A DNA stretch of 64,000 nt from Candidatus Altiarchaeota archaeon (GTDB lineage Archaea > Altiarchaeota > Altiarchaeia > IMC4 > SCGC-AAA252-I15), in the NCBI GenBank assembly GCA_043800255.1, contig JAZDNF010000013.1, positions 150,474 to 214,473 of the forward strand. The letters are read 5' to 3'. The notes beneath the pieces were generated by a model. That model did not search any database. It worked only from the letters and a program-made list of their open reading frames with translations, and was not told the DNA's origin. Position 1 is the first letter of the stretch. Every line of letters begins with the position of its first letter. Shown here in pieces: positions 27,930-37,763 of the stretch. Both the position numbers and the translations under genes were made by a program.

Positions 27930-28251
27930 ACAACAGAACCCCCTTCGACAATACTTCCCTCATAAAAGAGGAGCCCGCCCTAACCTCCTCCCGCACTTCA
28001 TTAGGAGAGTCGAAAAGAACAGACAATGCAACACCATACTCCGCATTAACATCCGTCTGAATATCAAGAATAGTATTATAAACCCGCTTAGAACTGGATA
28101 TTATCAGAACATCCACATCACTCTCGCCCTGCCTATACTCGCCACGCGCAGCCGAACCATATAGTAAAATCTGATCAATATGTCCTCCAACCCTGTCAGT
28201 AACACGACCAACAAAATCGTCCAACGCTCGCTTATAACCCAATGCCGCCAT
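27892..28251 (-). CDS. Minimal nucleotidyltransferase (MNT antitoxin)
   Basis: LYGSAARGE…SDVDVLII signature. Start placed at MAALGYK (ATG 28251). The ORF track extends further upstream. Overlaps the HEPN gene by 38 nt. Confidence 0.7.
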   Translation of the reverse strand: MAALGYKRALDDFVGRVTDRVGGHIDQILLYGSAARGEYRQGESDVDVLIISSSKRVYNTILDIQTDVNAEYGVALSVLFDSPNEVREEVRAGSSFMREVLSKGVLLYGNSPRGVEAFA

Positions 28252-28386
28252 AACAATAATATAATCAACAGAAACATTAAAATAGAGGGAAAAACACGAT
28301 AACGCCACAAATGAGGGATAACACCAACAACCTGGCAAAAGAGAAGACAGTCCACACACCATGCTGCTGATTTTTATACCGCGGTT

Positions 28387-28833
28387 TTGAATATTAAAGG
28401 GATGATAGTGGAAGCTGTCAGGGCGGTCGTCGGGTTCCTGCTGGTGCTGTTCGTGCCAGGATACGCGGCAACGTGGGCGCTGTTCCCAGACGACAAGGAA
28501 ATAGACTGGATTGAGAGGATAGCGCTGTCAATAGGGTTGAGCATCTCACTGGTAGTATTGACAGTGTACGTGATGAACCTCGCGCTCGGCATAAAGATAA
28601 ACTTCGTCAACAGCCTGCTCATAATACTGCTGATAACCCTCGCCTGCGGAGGGATAGGATACTACAGGATGAGCCAGAAAGAGGAGAAAGGAGCTAATAA
28701 GGAAAAGAAAACCAAATGCCCGAACTGCGGGTCGGAAGTGATAACACACTACGACCAACACTACGAATGCGACAACTGCGGCAGACAGTGGACGCAACTC
28801 AAACAGGCCAAGAAGAAGACAGCGAAAAAATAG
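28387..28833 (+). CDS. Membrane protein with a C-terminal zinc ribbon (DUF1616-like N-terminus)
   Basis: 148 aa. LFVPGYAATWALFP motif. Three transmembrane helices. CPNCGSE…CDNCG. Confidence 0.45.
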   Translation: MNIKGMIVEAVRAVVGFLLVLFVPGYAATWALFPDDKEIDWIERIALSIGLSISLVVLTVYVMNLALGIKINFVNSLLIILLITLACGGIGYYRMSQKEEKGANKEKKTKCPNCGSEVITHYDQHYECDNCGRQWTQLKQAKKKTAKK

Positions 28834-28888
28834 ACTTTATATTCTAATTCTGCACTATAAGTAAGCCGTTTCAAATAGGCTAACCAGT

Positions 28889-29848
28889 ATGGAAATCACA
28901 ATCGTCGGAGGCTCAGGCTACACCGGCAGAGAGCTCATCCGGCTGCTGGAAAAACACCCCAACGCAGGGAAGATAACCGTGACCTCAACACAATACAGCG
29001 GGAAAAAGGTCAAAGAACTGCACCCCACCCTCCAGACTAACCTGGAATTCGAAGAACTCAACTACGGTAAGGCCAATGAGACTGATATGGTCTTCTGCTG
29101 CACACCCCACACCAAGACGCTGGACATCGTCGCCCAGCTTACGACGAAGGTGATAGACTTGAGCGCAGACTACCGGCTCAAAAACCCGGGAGAATATGAA
29201 AAATACTACGGAGTCAAGCACACTCACCCTGAGCTGCTGAAGGACACAGTGTACGGGCTGCCTGAACTCCACAGGAAGGAGATAAAAAAAGCGCGGGTTA
29301 TCGCAAACCCAGGATGCTTTCCCACAGCGATAATATTGGGATTGAAGCCGCTCATGGAGTTGAAACCTGAGAAGATTGCTGTGGACGCGAAGACAGGATA
29401 CAGCGGCGCAGGCAAGAAATCAGAGGAGACGGAGTATCAGGCGAAACTGAAGGACAATATCATACCCTACAAGGCCGTAGGACACCAGCACACCCCAGAA
29501 CTGGAGCAGGAGCTTGGAATGAAGGTCGGATTCACGCCCCACCTGCTTCCGGTAGAGCGGGGGATACTAGCCACATTCCACGTGTACGCTGAGGCCGGAG
29601 CGGAGAGGATGAAAGAGCTATTGGAGAAACAGTACAAGAAGGAGCCGTTCATAAAGCTGGTGGAGACGCCCAGCCTCCAGACTGTCAACAACACCAACTA
29701 CTGCGAGATAGGCGGGCTCCGGGAGGACGGCACAGGCAGGAAAGTCTTCTTCTCGGCGATAGACAACCTCATAAAAGGAGCCTCCGGGCAGGCTGTGCAG
29801 AACATGAACATCATGCTCGGATACGAGGAGACCCTGGGACTAAAGTAG
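28889..29848 (+). CDS. argC: N-acetyl-gamma-glutamyl-phosphate / LysW-aminoadipate-semialdehyde reductase
   Basis: 319 aa. TIVGGSGYTGRELIRLL. ANPGCFPTA contains the active-site Cys. Confidence 0.75.
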   Translation: MEITIVGGSGYTGRELIRLLEKHPNAGKITVTSTQYSGKKVKELHPTLQTNLEFEELNYGKANETDMVFCCTPHTKTLDIVAQLTTKVIDLSADYRLKNPGEYEKYYGVKHTHPELLKDTVYGLPELHRKEIKKARVIANPGCFPTAIILGLKPLMELKPEKIAVDAKTGYSGAGKKSEETEYQAKLKDNIIPYKAVGHQHTPELEQELGMKVGFTPHLLPVERGILATFHVYAEAGAERMKELLEKQYKKEPFIKLVETPSLQTVNNTNYCEIGGLREDGTGRKVFFSAIDNLIKGASGQAVQNMNIMLGYEETLGLK

Positions 29849-32422
29849 ATGATCGTAAGACAGGAGAAACCATACGAGGAACAGGAAGTATACGAGATTC
29901 TGAATCCGCTGGTCGCAGGCTGGTTCAAAAAAAAGTTCGGGAAGTTCGCGCTACCCCAGAGGTACGCTATACCGAACATACACAAGGGGGAGAGCACGCT
30001 CGTGTCAGCGCCCACGGGAAGCGGGAAGACGCTGACGGCGTTCCTCACCATACTGAACGAGCTGATAACCCTTTCTGAGCAGAACAAGCTGGAGGAGAAA
30101 GTCTACTGCGTCTACATCTCGCCGTTGAAGGCGCTGAACAACGACATCAAGAAGAACCTTGAGGAGCCGCTAAGGGAACTGGAAGAGCAGGCTGGAAGGA
30201 AGTTGGGGGTGCGGGTGACTGTGAGAACAGGCGACACGCCGACGTCGGAGCGGAGCAAGATGCTGAGGACGCCGCCGCACATTCTGATAACGACGCCGGA
30301 GACGCTGGCGATAGTATTGACCGCGCCCAAGTTCAAGGAGAAGCTGAAGGACGTCAGATGGGTGATAGTGGACGAGATACACGCGCTCGCTGAGAACAAG
30401 AGGGGCGTGCACTTGAGCCTCAGCCTGGAACGGCTGCAGAACCTCGCAGGGCGGTTCACGAGGATAGGGTTGAGCGCGACAATACATCCATTAGAGAAGG
30501 TCGCCGAATTTCTGGTAGGCTATGAGAATAACCAGGTTAGGGACTGCAAGGTGGTGGACGTCCAGTTCATCAAGGAATTGGACCTGAAAGTGCTGAGCCC
30601 AGTCCCCAACCTGATGAACGCCAGCCAGGAGGACATACACAAGAGCATGTACCAGCTCCTCCACAGCCTCATACAGGAGCATAAGACTACGTTAATATTC
30701 ACGAACACGAGAAGCGGCACTGAAAGAGTCGTGCACAACCTCAAGGACACGTACAAGGAGCACTACAGCGAGAACATCGGAGCCCATCACAGTTCCCTAT
30801 CGGCAGAGCACAGGCTCGACATAGAGGATAAACTGAGAGGGGGGAAGCTGAAGGTCGTGGTCAGCTCCACCAGCCTGGAGCTGGGCATAGACATAGGATA
30901 CGTGGACTTGGTTATACTGCTGGGAAGTCCGAAGTCGGTGTCGAGGGCGCTGCAGAGGATAGGCAGGTCAGGGCACAAGCTGCACGACAAAGCCAAGGGC
31001 AGGATAATAGTGATGGACAGGGACGACCTCATAGAATGCTCCATCCTGTTGAAGAATGCGCTGGAGGGGAAGCTTGACAGGATACGGATTCCTGAGAACT
31101 GCCTAGACGTGCTGGCACAGCAGATATACGGGATAGCGATAGCGGAGACAGAGCACATAGAGAACGTCTACCACATGGTGAGGAGAAGCTACTGCTACAG
31201 GAACCTAAGCAGGGAAGACTATCAGAGGATAATAGACTACCTGGCAGGAGAGTACGTCGAACTCGAGCAGAGGAGCGTGTACGCGAAAATATGGGTCAAG
31301 AACGACATGATAGGGAAGAGGAGCAGGATGGCGAGGCCCATATACTCCACCAACATCGGGACAATACCTGATGAATCCTATGTGACGGTAATATCGGGAG
31401 ACACGAGGATAGGCAAAATCGAAGAAGCGTTCCTGGAGAGGCTGAACAAGGGCGACATATTCGTGCTCGGAGGGAAGATATACAGGTTCAACTACAGCAG
31501 GGGAATGACAGCCCAGGTCACGCCGTCATCCGGGCCGCCGACAGTGCCCTCCTGGTTCTCGGAGCAGCTTCCGTTAAGCTTCGACCTGGCGATGGAAATC
31601 CAGAGGTTCAGGCGGCTCATGGAGGAGAGGATAGAGGAGAAGGCAGTCGCCAAGGAATTCATAAGGGACTACCTGTACGTGGACGAGAACGCCGTCAACT
31701 CCATCTATGAGTATTTCAGGGAGCAGCACATGTACGCGAGGATACCGCATGATGGGAGGATACTGATCGAGCATGTGACAGGATTCGGGAAGAAGTACAT
31801 AGTCTTCCACACGCTGTACGGGAGGAGGGTGAACGACGCGCTGTCGAGAGCGACAGCGTATGTGATAACGAAGAAGAACGTCGCGATAGGGCTCACCGAC
31901 AATGGATTCTACCTGATGATTGACGGAAAAGCCGATGCTGTGAGGGCCTTCTACAGGCTGACGCCTGAGAACCTGAGAGAGATACTGGAGAACGCGATAG
32001 ACAAGAGCGACGTCCTCGCGAGGAGGTTCAGGCACTGCGCAGCACGGTCGCTGATGATACTCAGAAACTACAAGGGACGGCAGAAGTCGGTCGGAAAGCA
32101 GCAGATGGGCTCCAGGATACTGCTGAGCTTCGTCAAGAGGCTGGACGACAAGTTCCCGATACTGGAGGAAGCGAGGAGGGAAGTGCTTGAAGACCTGATG
32201 GACGTCGAGAACGCCATAAAAATCTTAGAAGACGTGAAAGAGGGCAAGGTCAGGGTGAAGATGATATCAAACGACGTGCCGACTCCGTTCGCCTTCAACC
32301 TCGTCGCAAGAGGGTACATGGACGTCCTGAGATTGGAGGAGCGGACAGAGTTCATAAAGAGGATGCACGAGGCCATACTGGAGAGGATAAAGGATGGTAG
32401 AGGAAATCCTGCCGGGCTTTAG
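29849..32422 (+). CDS. lhr: Lhr-type superfamily 2 DEAD/DEAH-box helicase
   Basis: 857 aa. Walker [13 protein letters not shown] box. Lhr-like domain order. Followed by a metallophosphoesterase as in Lhr-MPE operons. Confidence 0.8.
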   Translation: MIVRQEKPYEEQEVYEILNPLVAGWFKKKFGKFALPQRYAIPNIHKGESTLVSAPTGSGKTLTAFLTILNELITLSEQNKLEEKVYCVYISPLKALNNDIKKNLEEPLRELEEQAGRKLGVRVTVRTGDTPTSERSKMLRTPPHILITTPETLAIVLTAPKFKEKLKDVRWVIVDEIHALAENKRGVHLSLSLERLQNLAGRFTRIGLSATIHPLEKVAEFLVGYENNQVRDCKVVDVQFIKELDLKVLSPVPNLMNASQEDIHKSMYQLLHSLIQEHKTTLIFTNTRSGTERVVHNLKDTYKEHYSENIGAHHSSLSAEHRLDIEDKLRGGKLKVVVSSTSLELGIDIGYVDLVILLGSPKSVSRALQRIGRSGHKLHDKAKGRIIVMDRDDLIECSILLKNALEGKLDRIRIPENCLDVLAQQIYGIAIAETEHIENVYHMVRRSYCYRNLSREDYQRIIDYLAGEYVELEQRSVYAKIWVKNDMIGKRSRMARPIYSTNIGTIPDESYVTVISGDTRIGKIEEAFLERLNKGDIFVLGGKIYRFNYSRGMTAQVTPSSGPPTVPSWFSEQLPLSFDLAMEIQRFRRLMEERIEEKAVAKEFIRDYLYVDENAVNSIYEYFREQHMYARIPHDGRILIEHVTGFGKKYIVFHTLYGRRVNDALSRATAYVITKKNVAIGLTDNGFYLMIDGKADAVRAFYRLTPENLREILENAIDKSDVLARRFRHCAARSLMILRNYKGRQKSVGKQQMGSRILLSFVKRLDDKFPILEEARREVLEDLMDVENAIKILEDVKEGKVRVKMISNDVPTPFAFNLVARGYMDVLRLEERTEFIKRMHEAILERIKDGRGNPAGL

Positions 32423-33104
32423 GATAGTAGACCTTGCCCTGTATCTTGAGGAGAGCGGCACGCTGGTGTTCGCCGACGTCCACCTGGGCTATGAGGAATG
32501 CCTGAACAGGCAGGGGATCATGGTGCCGAGGTTCCAGTACAGGACGGTGATAGGCCATCTTGACGGCATACTGGAGGAGACAGCGCCGGAGAGGATTGTC
32601 ATAGGCGGTGACCTGAAGCACGAGTTCGGAAGGATTTCGGAGCAGGAGTGGACTGAAGTCCTGAGGTTCCTGGACCGGCTGAAGGAGTATGATATCGTGC
32701 TGGTGAAGGGAAACCACGACACCATACTGGGGCCGATAGCAGGCAGGAAGAACGTCAGAGTCGAGGATGACTGCATTGTAGGGAAGACGCTGATAACGCA
32801 CGGCCACAGGATACCTGACAAAAAGACCCTGAAGAAATGCGAGACCATCGTGATAGGACACGAGCATCCGGCCATAGGAGTCAAGGACGAGACCATGAAG
32901 GAGACCGTCAAATGCTTCCTCAAGGGAAAGTACGAGGGAAAGAATCTGATAGTGATGCCGTCGTTCAATTTCATAACAGAAGGCACTGACGTACTGAACG
33001 AGGAGATACTGTCGCCTTTCCTGAAGCAGAATCTTGATGATTTCGAGGCATACTGTGTCGAAGAGAGGAAGGTGATGTACTTCGGGAGGATCGGGAAGCT
33101 ATAG
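32394..33104 (+). CDS. Calcineurin-like metallophosphoesterase (MPE partner of Lhr)
   Basis: 236 aa. [22 protein letters not shown] motifs. Overlaps the 3' end of the helicase gene. Confidence 0.7.
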   Translation: MVEEILPGFRIVDLALYLEESGTLVFADVHLGYEECLNRQGIMVPRFQYRTVIGHLDGILEETAPERIVIGGDLKHEFGRISEQEWTEVLRFLDRLKEYDIVLVKGNHDTILGPIAGRKNVRVEDDCIVGKTLITHGHRIPDKKTLKKCETIVIGHEHPAIGVKDETMKETVKCFLKGKYEGKNLIVMPSFNFITEGTDVLNEEILSPFLKQNLDDFEAYCVEERKVMYFGRIGKL

Positions 33105-33107
33105 CGA

Positions 33108-35921
33108 TCAACGCCTATGCTTGCCGAGGGAATCCTTTAGCGATTCGATATCAACCTCTAGGTCGATGAGCCTCTTCTCGGAGTCCATCACCATCTCCTT
33201 GTAAGCGTTCTCATCGATCTCCCGATTTTTGAACCTCTTTTTCGCATCCTTTATCGCCCTGCTCACACCAGCCTGCTCCCTCTCGAGGTCCCTGAGCCTG
33301 GCCTCCGCGCCTCTGGCGGTATCGACTGCGGAGGGTTTGACCTCCTTCCAGGAGTTGAGCGCGTCCCAGAGGTCAGTGTAGAAATCCTTCTCGCCGCTCT
33401 CCTCAAGCTGCTTCTGGGCGAGCTTGAACCACGGAGGAAGCGATGACTTCCGCTCCCTCAGTGATGCGAGGAAGTCGTTCATGTTAGCCTCCCTCTCCTC
33501 GCCGCCTCTGTAGGCTTCCTCCCAGGGGAGCTCGAGAGCGTGGTCGCAGACGGCCTTGAGGTCTGCTGAAGAAAACCCTTCGGTAAGCTCGGCCAGCCTG
33601 CTGAAATTCACATCAGTGCTGACAGGCTTGCCCCGCGTATGGATTTTTAGGATAGCTTCCCGCGTTTCCTTGTTCGGATTTGGAACGTAAACCTGGTGGG
33701 TGAACCTGCCGGCACGCCTCAACGCAGGATCGACGTCCCACGGCGCGTTGGTTGAGCCGATGACCATGACGCCCTTCTTCTCGACGAAGCCGTCCATCTC
33801 AGTCAGGAACTGGTTTACCAGCCTCCTGGCTGTGCCGGAAGCCTCCTCCCTTCGGGGAGCGATGGCATCTATCTCGTCGAAGAACAATATGGAGGGGGCA
33901 TTGCGCGCAGCCCTCTCGAACGCAGCCTTGATGTTGCGCTCGCTCTCGCCCTCCTCGCCGGATATGACGTCAGTGACGCTGACACTGAAGAATGACGCAT
34001 GACACTCTCCTGCCGTTGCCCTCGCAAGGTACGTCTTGCCGCAGCCAGGGGGGCCGTAGAAGAGTATCCCGCCGCCGACGGTCTTCCCGAACTTCTTAGC
34101 GAGCTCAGGGTTGGTCAGCGGATAGACGACGGACTTCTTTATCTTGTCCTTTGCAGTCTCCAGGTCAGCGACGTCGGAGAAGGTTATGTCAGGCTTGACT
34201 ACCTGGTCGACGCCTCCGGCATAGAACAGTATGTAGTCCGCAAGGTCCTTGAAGAGGTTCTCCTCGCCGCTCTTCCTGATTTCCTTCTCAGCGAGCTTGT
34301 ACCATGCTGTGAGAGAGCTTGACCGCTGGCCCAATGCTGTGACGAAATCCTTCATGTTAGCCTTCCGCGGCGTCTGACCCTTGAGCGCCTCCTCCCAGGG
34401 TATGTCAAGAGCATCGTCGCAGATTGTCTTGATGTCAGCGGAAGAGTAGCCTTCCGTCAACTCTGCGAGTTTGGGGTAGTCCACGTCGACTGCCACAGGC
34501 CTCTTCCTCGTGTGAATCTTGAATATCTCCTCCCTCGCTTCAATCTCAGGAGGGGGGATGAAAATCTGGTCCGTGAACCTGCCGGCACGCCTCAACGCAG
34601 GATCGAGGTCCCATGGGATGTTAGTGGAGCCGATGATGAGAACGTTCTCGCTGAGGTTTTCGACGCCGTCCATCTCAGTCAGGAACTGGTTGACTAGGAC
34701 TCTTGAGGAGCCCTCCATCTCAGTCCTCTTGCCGCTGAGAGCGTCTATCTCGTCGAAGAATACTATCGAGGGCGCGTTCTGGCCGGCCTTCTTGAATATC
34801 TCGTGGATGTTTTTTGTGCCCTGCTCCGACCCTCCGCTGACGATGTCCGCAGTGTTTACGTTGAAGAAGTTGACGCCGCATTCGCCGACGGTCGCCCTGG
34901 CGATGTAGGTCTTGCCGCAGCCAGGAGGGCCGTAGAAGAGTATCCTCCCGCCGCCCTTCCGGGAATACTTCTTCGAGAGCTCAGGGTGCGTGAGGGGGTA
35001 GACGATGGACTGCATTATGTGCTCCTTCACATCCTTCAGGTTTGCTACGTGGGAGAAGTTTATCGTGGAGGACTCCACAGGCACCGAGCCTGCGGCGGTC
35101 ATCGCGGTCGCGAAGGAGATTGGGTCTAGGCTGACTTCAGTCTTGAAATCCTTCTTGACCTTTTTGGAGCCCTTGGAGCACACGAGCATGTTCACTGTTG
35201 ACTTTCCAGTCTTCTCTTGCTCAAGCACAATATACGGCAGGTATGAGAGGCCGTTCAGGAAGACGCTGCCAGCGAAGAGGATGCTCAGAACCTCGCTGAT
35301 CGACTCGTTGGAGAACCTGATCGGGTCCTTGTCATAGTCGTCGTCCGCCTTGTCCTTGACGTCCAGGAACGCCCCGAGATTGTAGCGCTGGTTGCCGAAT
35401 GTTGGCAGGCGGAAGGTCGGCCTCACAAGATGCTTCCGCATGATCCTGTCGTCGAAGAAATAATAGCGTATGAAATTGAAGAGCTGGTTGGCCTCAGGTT
35501 CATAAATTTCTATGAGACCCTGGCTGGCTAGGAAGGAAACTACGCTGGAGTCCATCTCCCTGTAAGAGAGGCTGCCGTATTCGTAGAGATGGCCCATCGC
35601 GTTCACAACGGCAGGCGGGAAGTCCAGCATCCTCCTGATAAGGTCTGTCGTCTCGAGTTTCGGCTCATGGTGGAATGCCCTGCCCTTGGCGGCATAGTAG
35701 AGGTCGCCGTGTGAGAGGTCAACGTAGAAGATGCAATCCTTCCTGTCGTATGCGATCTTCTTGAAGACCTTCCCCTCGTGCTTGGCCTCGGTCCGCGTCA
35801 CCTTGAACTGGGCGAGGGGAGAATACCTCCGGTAAATCTTGGATCCGCGGGATTTCAGAAGATTCTTCTCCAGCTTAGAGTCAATTGAGAATGCGTCTGT
35901 TATGACCTTCGTTATCTTCAT
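33108..35921 (-). CDS. Double-AAA (type II) ATPase of the classical clade with a unique N-terminal domain and a C-terminal coiled coil (CDC48-like)
   Basis: 937 aa. Two ILFYGPPGCGKTY Walker A motifs, two FFDEID Walker B motifs, two SRV/RRLVNQFLTEMDG second-region-of-homology segments, and a coiled-coil tail. Confidence 0.7.
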   Translation of the reverse strand: MKITKVITDAFSIDSKLEKNLLKSRGSKIYRRYSPLAQFKVTRTEAKHEGKVFKKIAYDRKDCIFYVDLSHGDLYYAAKGRAFHHEPKLETTDLIRRMLDFPPAVVNAMGHLYEYGSLSYREMDSSVVSFLASQGLIEIYEPEANQLFNFIRYYFFDDRIMRKHLVRPTFRLPTFGNQRYNLGAFLDVKDKADDDYDKDPIRFSNESISEVLSILFAGSVFLNGLSYLPYIVLEQEKTGKSTVNMLVCSKGSKKVKKDFKTEVSLDPISFATAMTAAGSVPVESSTINFSHVANLKDVKEHIMQSIVYPLTHPELSKKYSRKGGGRILFYGPPGCGKTYIARATVGECGVNFFNVNTADIVSGGSEQGTKNIHEIFKKAGQNAPSIVFFDEIDALSGKRTEMEGSSRVLVNQFLTEMDGVENLSENVLIIGSTNIPWDLDPALRRAGRFTDQIFIPPPEIEAREEIFKIHTRKRPVAVDVDYPKLAELTEGYSSADIKTICDDALDIPWEEALKGQTPRKANMKDFVTALGQRSSSLTAWYKLAEKEIRKSGEENLFKDLADYILFYAGGVDQVVKPDITFSDVADLETAKDKIKKSVVYPLTNPELAKKFGKTVGGGILFYGPPGCGKTYLARATAGECHASFFSVSVTDVISGEEGESERNIKAAFERAARNAPSILFFDEIDAIAPRREEASGTARRLVNQFLTEMDGFVEKKGVMVIGSTNAPWDVDPALRRAGRFTHQVYVPNPNKETREAILKIHTRGKPVSTDVNFSRLAELTEGFSSADLKAVCDHALELPWEEAYRGGEEREANMNDFLASLRERKSSLPPWFKLAQKQLEESGEKDFYTDLWDALNSWKEVKPSAVDTARGAEARLRDLEREQAGVSRAIKDAKKRFKNREIDENAYKEMVMDSEKRLIDLEVDIESLKDSLGKHRR

Positions 35922-35996
35922 GTTAAAACATTCCTATTTGCGCTTTATATCTGCTTCTGCAAGCGGGGGTATTTAACAGGTCGGACAATATCATAA

Positions 35997-36437
35997 ATGA
36001 GGATGAACGTCAGGAAGGCGAGAAAGAAGGACCTCGGACAGCTTATCCAGCTCCTGAACCAGCTGACGCAGGATGAGAGCCCGTCAGTAGACTATGGGAG
36101 AGCATACGACGAAATCACAAACTATCCGAACTATCACATGTTCGTCCTGGAGGATGGGAATGAGCTGGTAGCGACTGTTGCTCTGGTCATCATGCCTGGG
36201 CTCGCTCACGGGGCAAGACACTGGGCCATGATAGAGAACGTAATCGTTGATGAGAAGCACAGGAGAAAAGGCTACGGGAGAAAACTGATAGAGCATGCTA
36301 TAGAAGTCGCGAAAGGATTCAACTGCCATAAGATAGTGCTGATCAGCAAATTCTTCAGGAAGGAGGCCCACCAGTTCTACGAGTCCGTGGGTTTTGAGAA
36401 GGAGGCCTACGGATTTGGATACGCTAAAGACCTCTGA
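35997..36437 (+). CDS. GNAT family N-acetyltransferase
   Basis: 146 aa. VDEKHRRKGYGRKLIE acetyl-CoA binding motif. Confidence 0.7.
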   Translation: MRMNVRKARKKDLGQLIQLLNQLTQDESPSVDYGRAYDEITNYPNYHMFVLEDGNELVATVALVIMPGLAHGARHWAMIENVIVDEKHRRKGYGRKLIEHAIEVAKGFNCHKIVLISKFFRKEAHQFYESVGFEKEAYGFGYAKDL

Positions 36438-37218
36438 CTTCAACAGACTTCAGCCTCCCGTGCCTGTCAGCTATTGAGGTGCAGACTATGTTCAACGCCT
36501 GCTCGACCGCAGGCTGATTCAAGCCGGTTATCTCAACGAATATGTTCTCAGTGTCGGCTGACACCCTCGTGAGCTCGCCGTTTATTATCGGCGGAAAGGA
36601 GAGAACCTGGCCGGCGCTGTCCACAATCAACGGGTACTTTTCCAAACCCCTGAGAGCCCATGCATAGGCCCGCCCCTTCGGATGGTTTATGAGTATCTGG
36701 GAAAGGTTCAACTCCTTAGGCATGTCCAAAGGCACAAAGGAGACTGAGTCAGGCTTCACAGCCGTATAGTAGTAGGGCGGTTTCAGCCGCCGGGAATCGT
36801 GAACTCCGATAGCTACCCTCCTCCTGTCCCTCCCATGGGTGAGGTGAAGCTTCTCCTGCATGTTCATCAGCGAGATTAGCTGAGGCTCGTCTATCACGAC
36901 ATCCTCTATGACAGCGCATGCTATGCATGGCCTGACCGTTTTAACGCTCGCCTCGACGTTCAACACGACATTGGATCTTAGGACAGGATAGGATACGCCG
37001 CCCACCTGAAGGCCTAGGAAACCCTTAAGCGCCCTGGAGAACCCCTCAACGCTGAGGAGGTCAGTCCTGTTGGGGAAAACCTCCATGACGAGTGTAGTTT
37101 CGTCAATACGCTCAAGCCCGACACCAAGCATAGGAATGACATCCTTAAGCTCTGCCGGCTTGAATGGCCTGCCGAGGAGAGTGCAAACTTCCCGGAAATT
37201 GAACTCGACTGTAGGCAT
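36424..37218 (-). CDS. Free-standing homolog of the archaeal PheRS beta-subunit N-terminal B1-B3/4 (editing) region
   Basis: 264 aa. Begins MPTVEFNF…LLSVEGFSRALKGFLGL, as archaeal PheT does. The B5 and core domains are missing. Confidence 0.5.
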   Translation of the reverse strand: MPTVEFNFREVCTLLGRPFKPAELKDVIPMLGVGLERIDETTLVMEVFPNRTDLLSVEGFSRALKGFLGLQVGGVSYPVLRSNVVLNVEASVKTVRPCIACAVIEDVVIDEPQLISLMNMQEKLHLTHGRDRRRVAIGVHDSRRLKPPYYYTAVKPDSVSFVPLDMPKELNLSQILINHPKGRAYAWALRGLEKYPLIVDSAGQVLSFPPIINGELTRVSADTENIFVEITGLNQPAVEQALNIVCTSIADRHGRLKSVEVRGL

Positions 37219-37262
37219 TTTTTAAACAAAACAGCTATAATCTCTTAAACACGGTGGTATAA

Positions 37263-37655
37263 ATGTATGTCATAATTGCTGGCGGCGGGACGATGGGCAG
37301 GGAAATCGCGAGAGCCCTGCCAGACCATGAGATTGTTATAGTCGAGAAGAATCGTGAAGTCTGCGAGAGAGACACGAAAGAGCTTAACGCGACCATAGTC
37401 AACGGCGACTGCACGAGGATACATGTGATGGAGGAGGCTGAGTTCGACAAGGCTGACGCCGTGATCGCTGTCACAAACAGCGACGAAGTCAACCTGCTGG
37501 TTGCGCTCTACGCGAAGAAGAAGAAAAAGCACGTCATAGTCAGGGTCAAGGAGCCAGAATACACGCAACTCTTCGAGGAGTTGGGAATAAAGGACATAAT
37601 CTCCCCTGAAAGGCGGGCTGCCATGGACATCGCCAACAAGGTAGTCTGGAAGTAG
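37263..37655 (+). CDS. trkA: TrkA-N (NAD-binding) domain protein of a K+ transport system
   Basis: 130 aa. MYVIIAGGGTMGREIA Rossmann motif. Next to trkH. Confidence 0.7.
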   Translation: MYVIIAGGGTMGREIARALPDHEIVIVEKNREVCERDTKELNATIVNGDCTRIHVMEEAEFDKADAVIAVTNSDEVNLLVALYAKKKKKHVIVRVKEPEYTQLFEELGIKDIISPERRAAMDIANKVVWK

Positions 37656-37763
37656 CGGCAGCTCAAACGCTAAAATCCAGGAGGGCACACACTTTCTTTA
37701 AGGCTTTTGGAACCATAGGATTATAGGATGTGAGGAGACTAACAGCCCTAAAGAGATTCCAAG

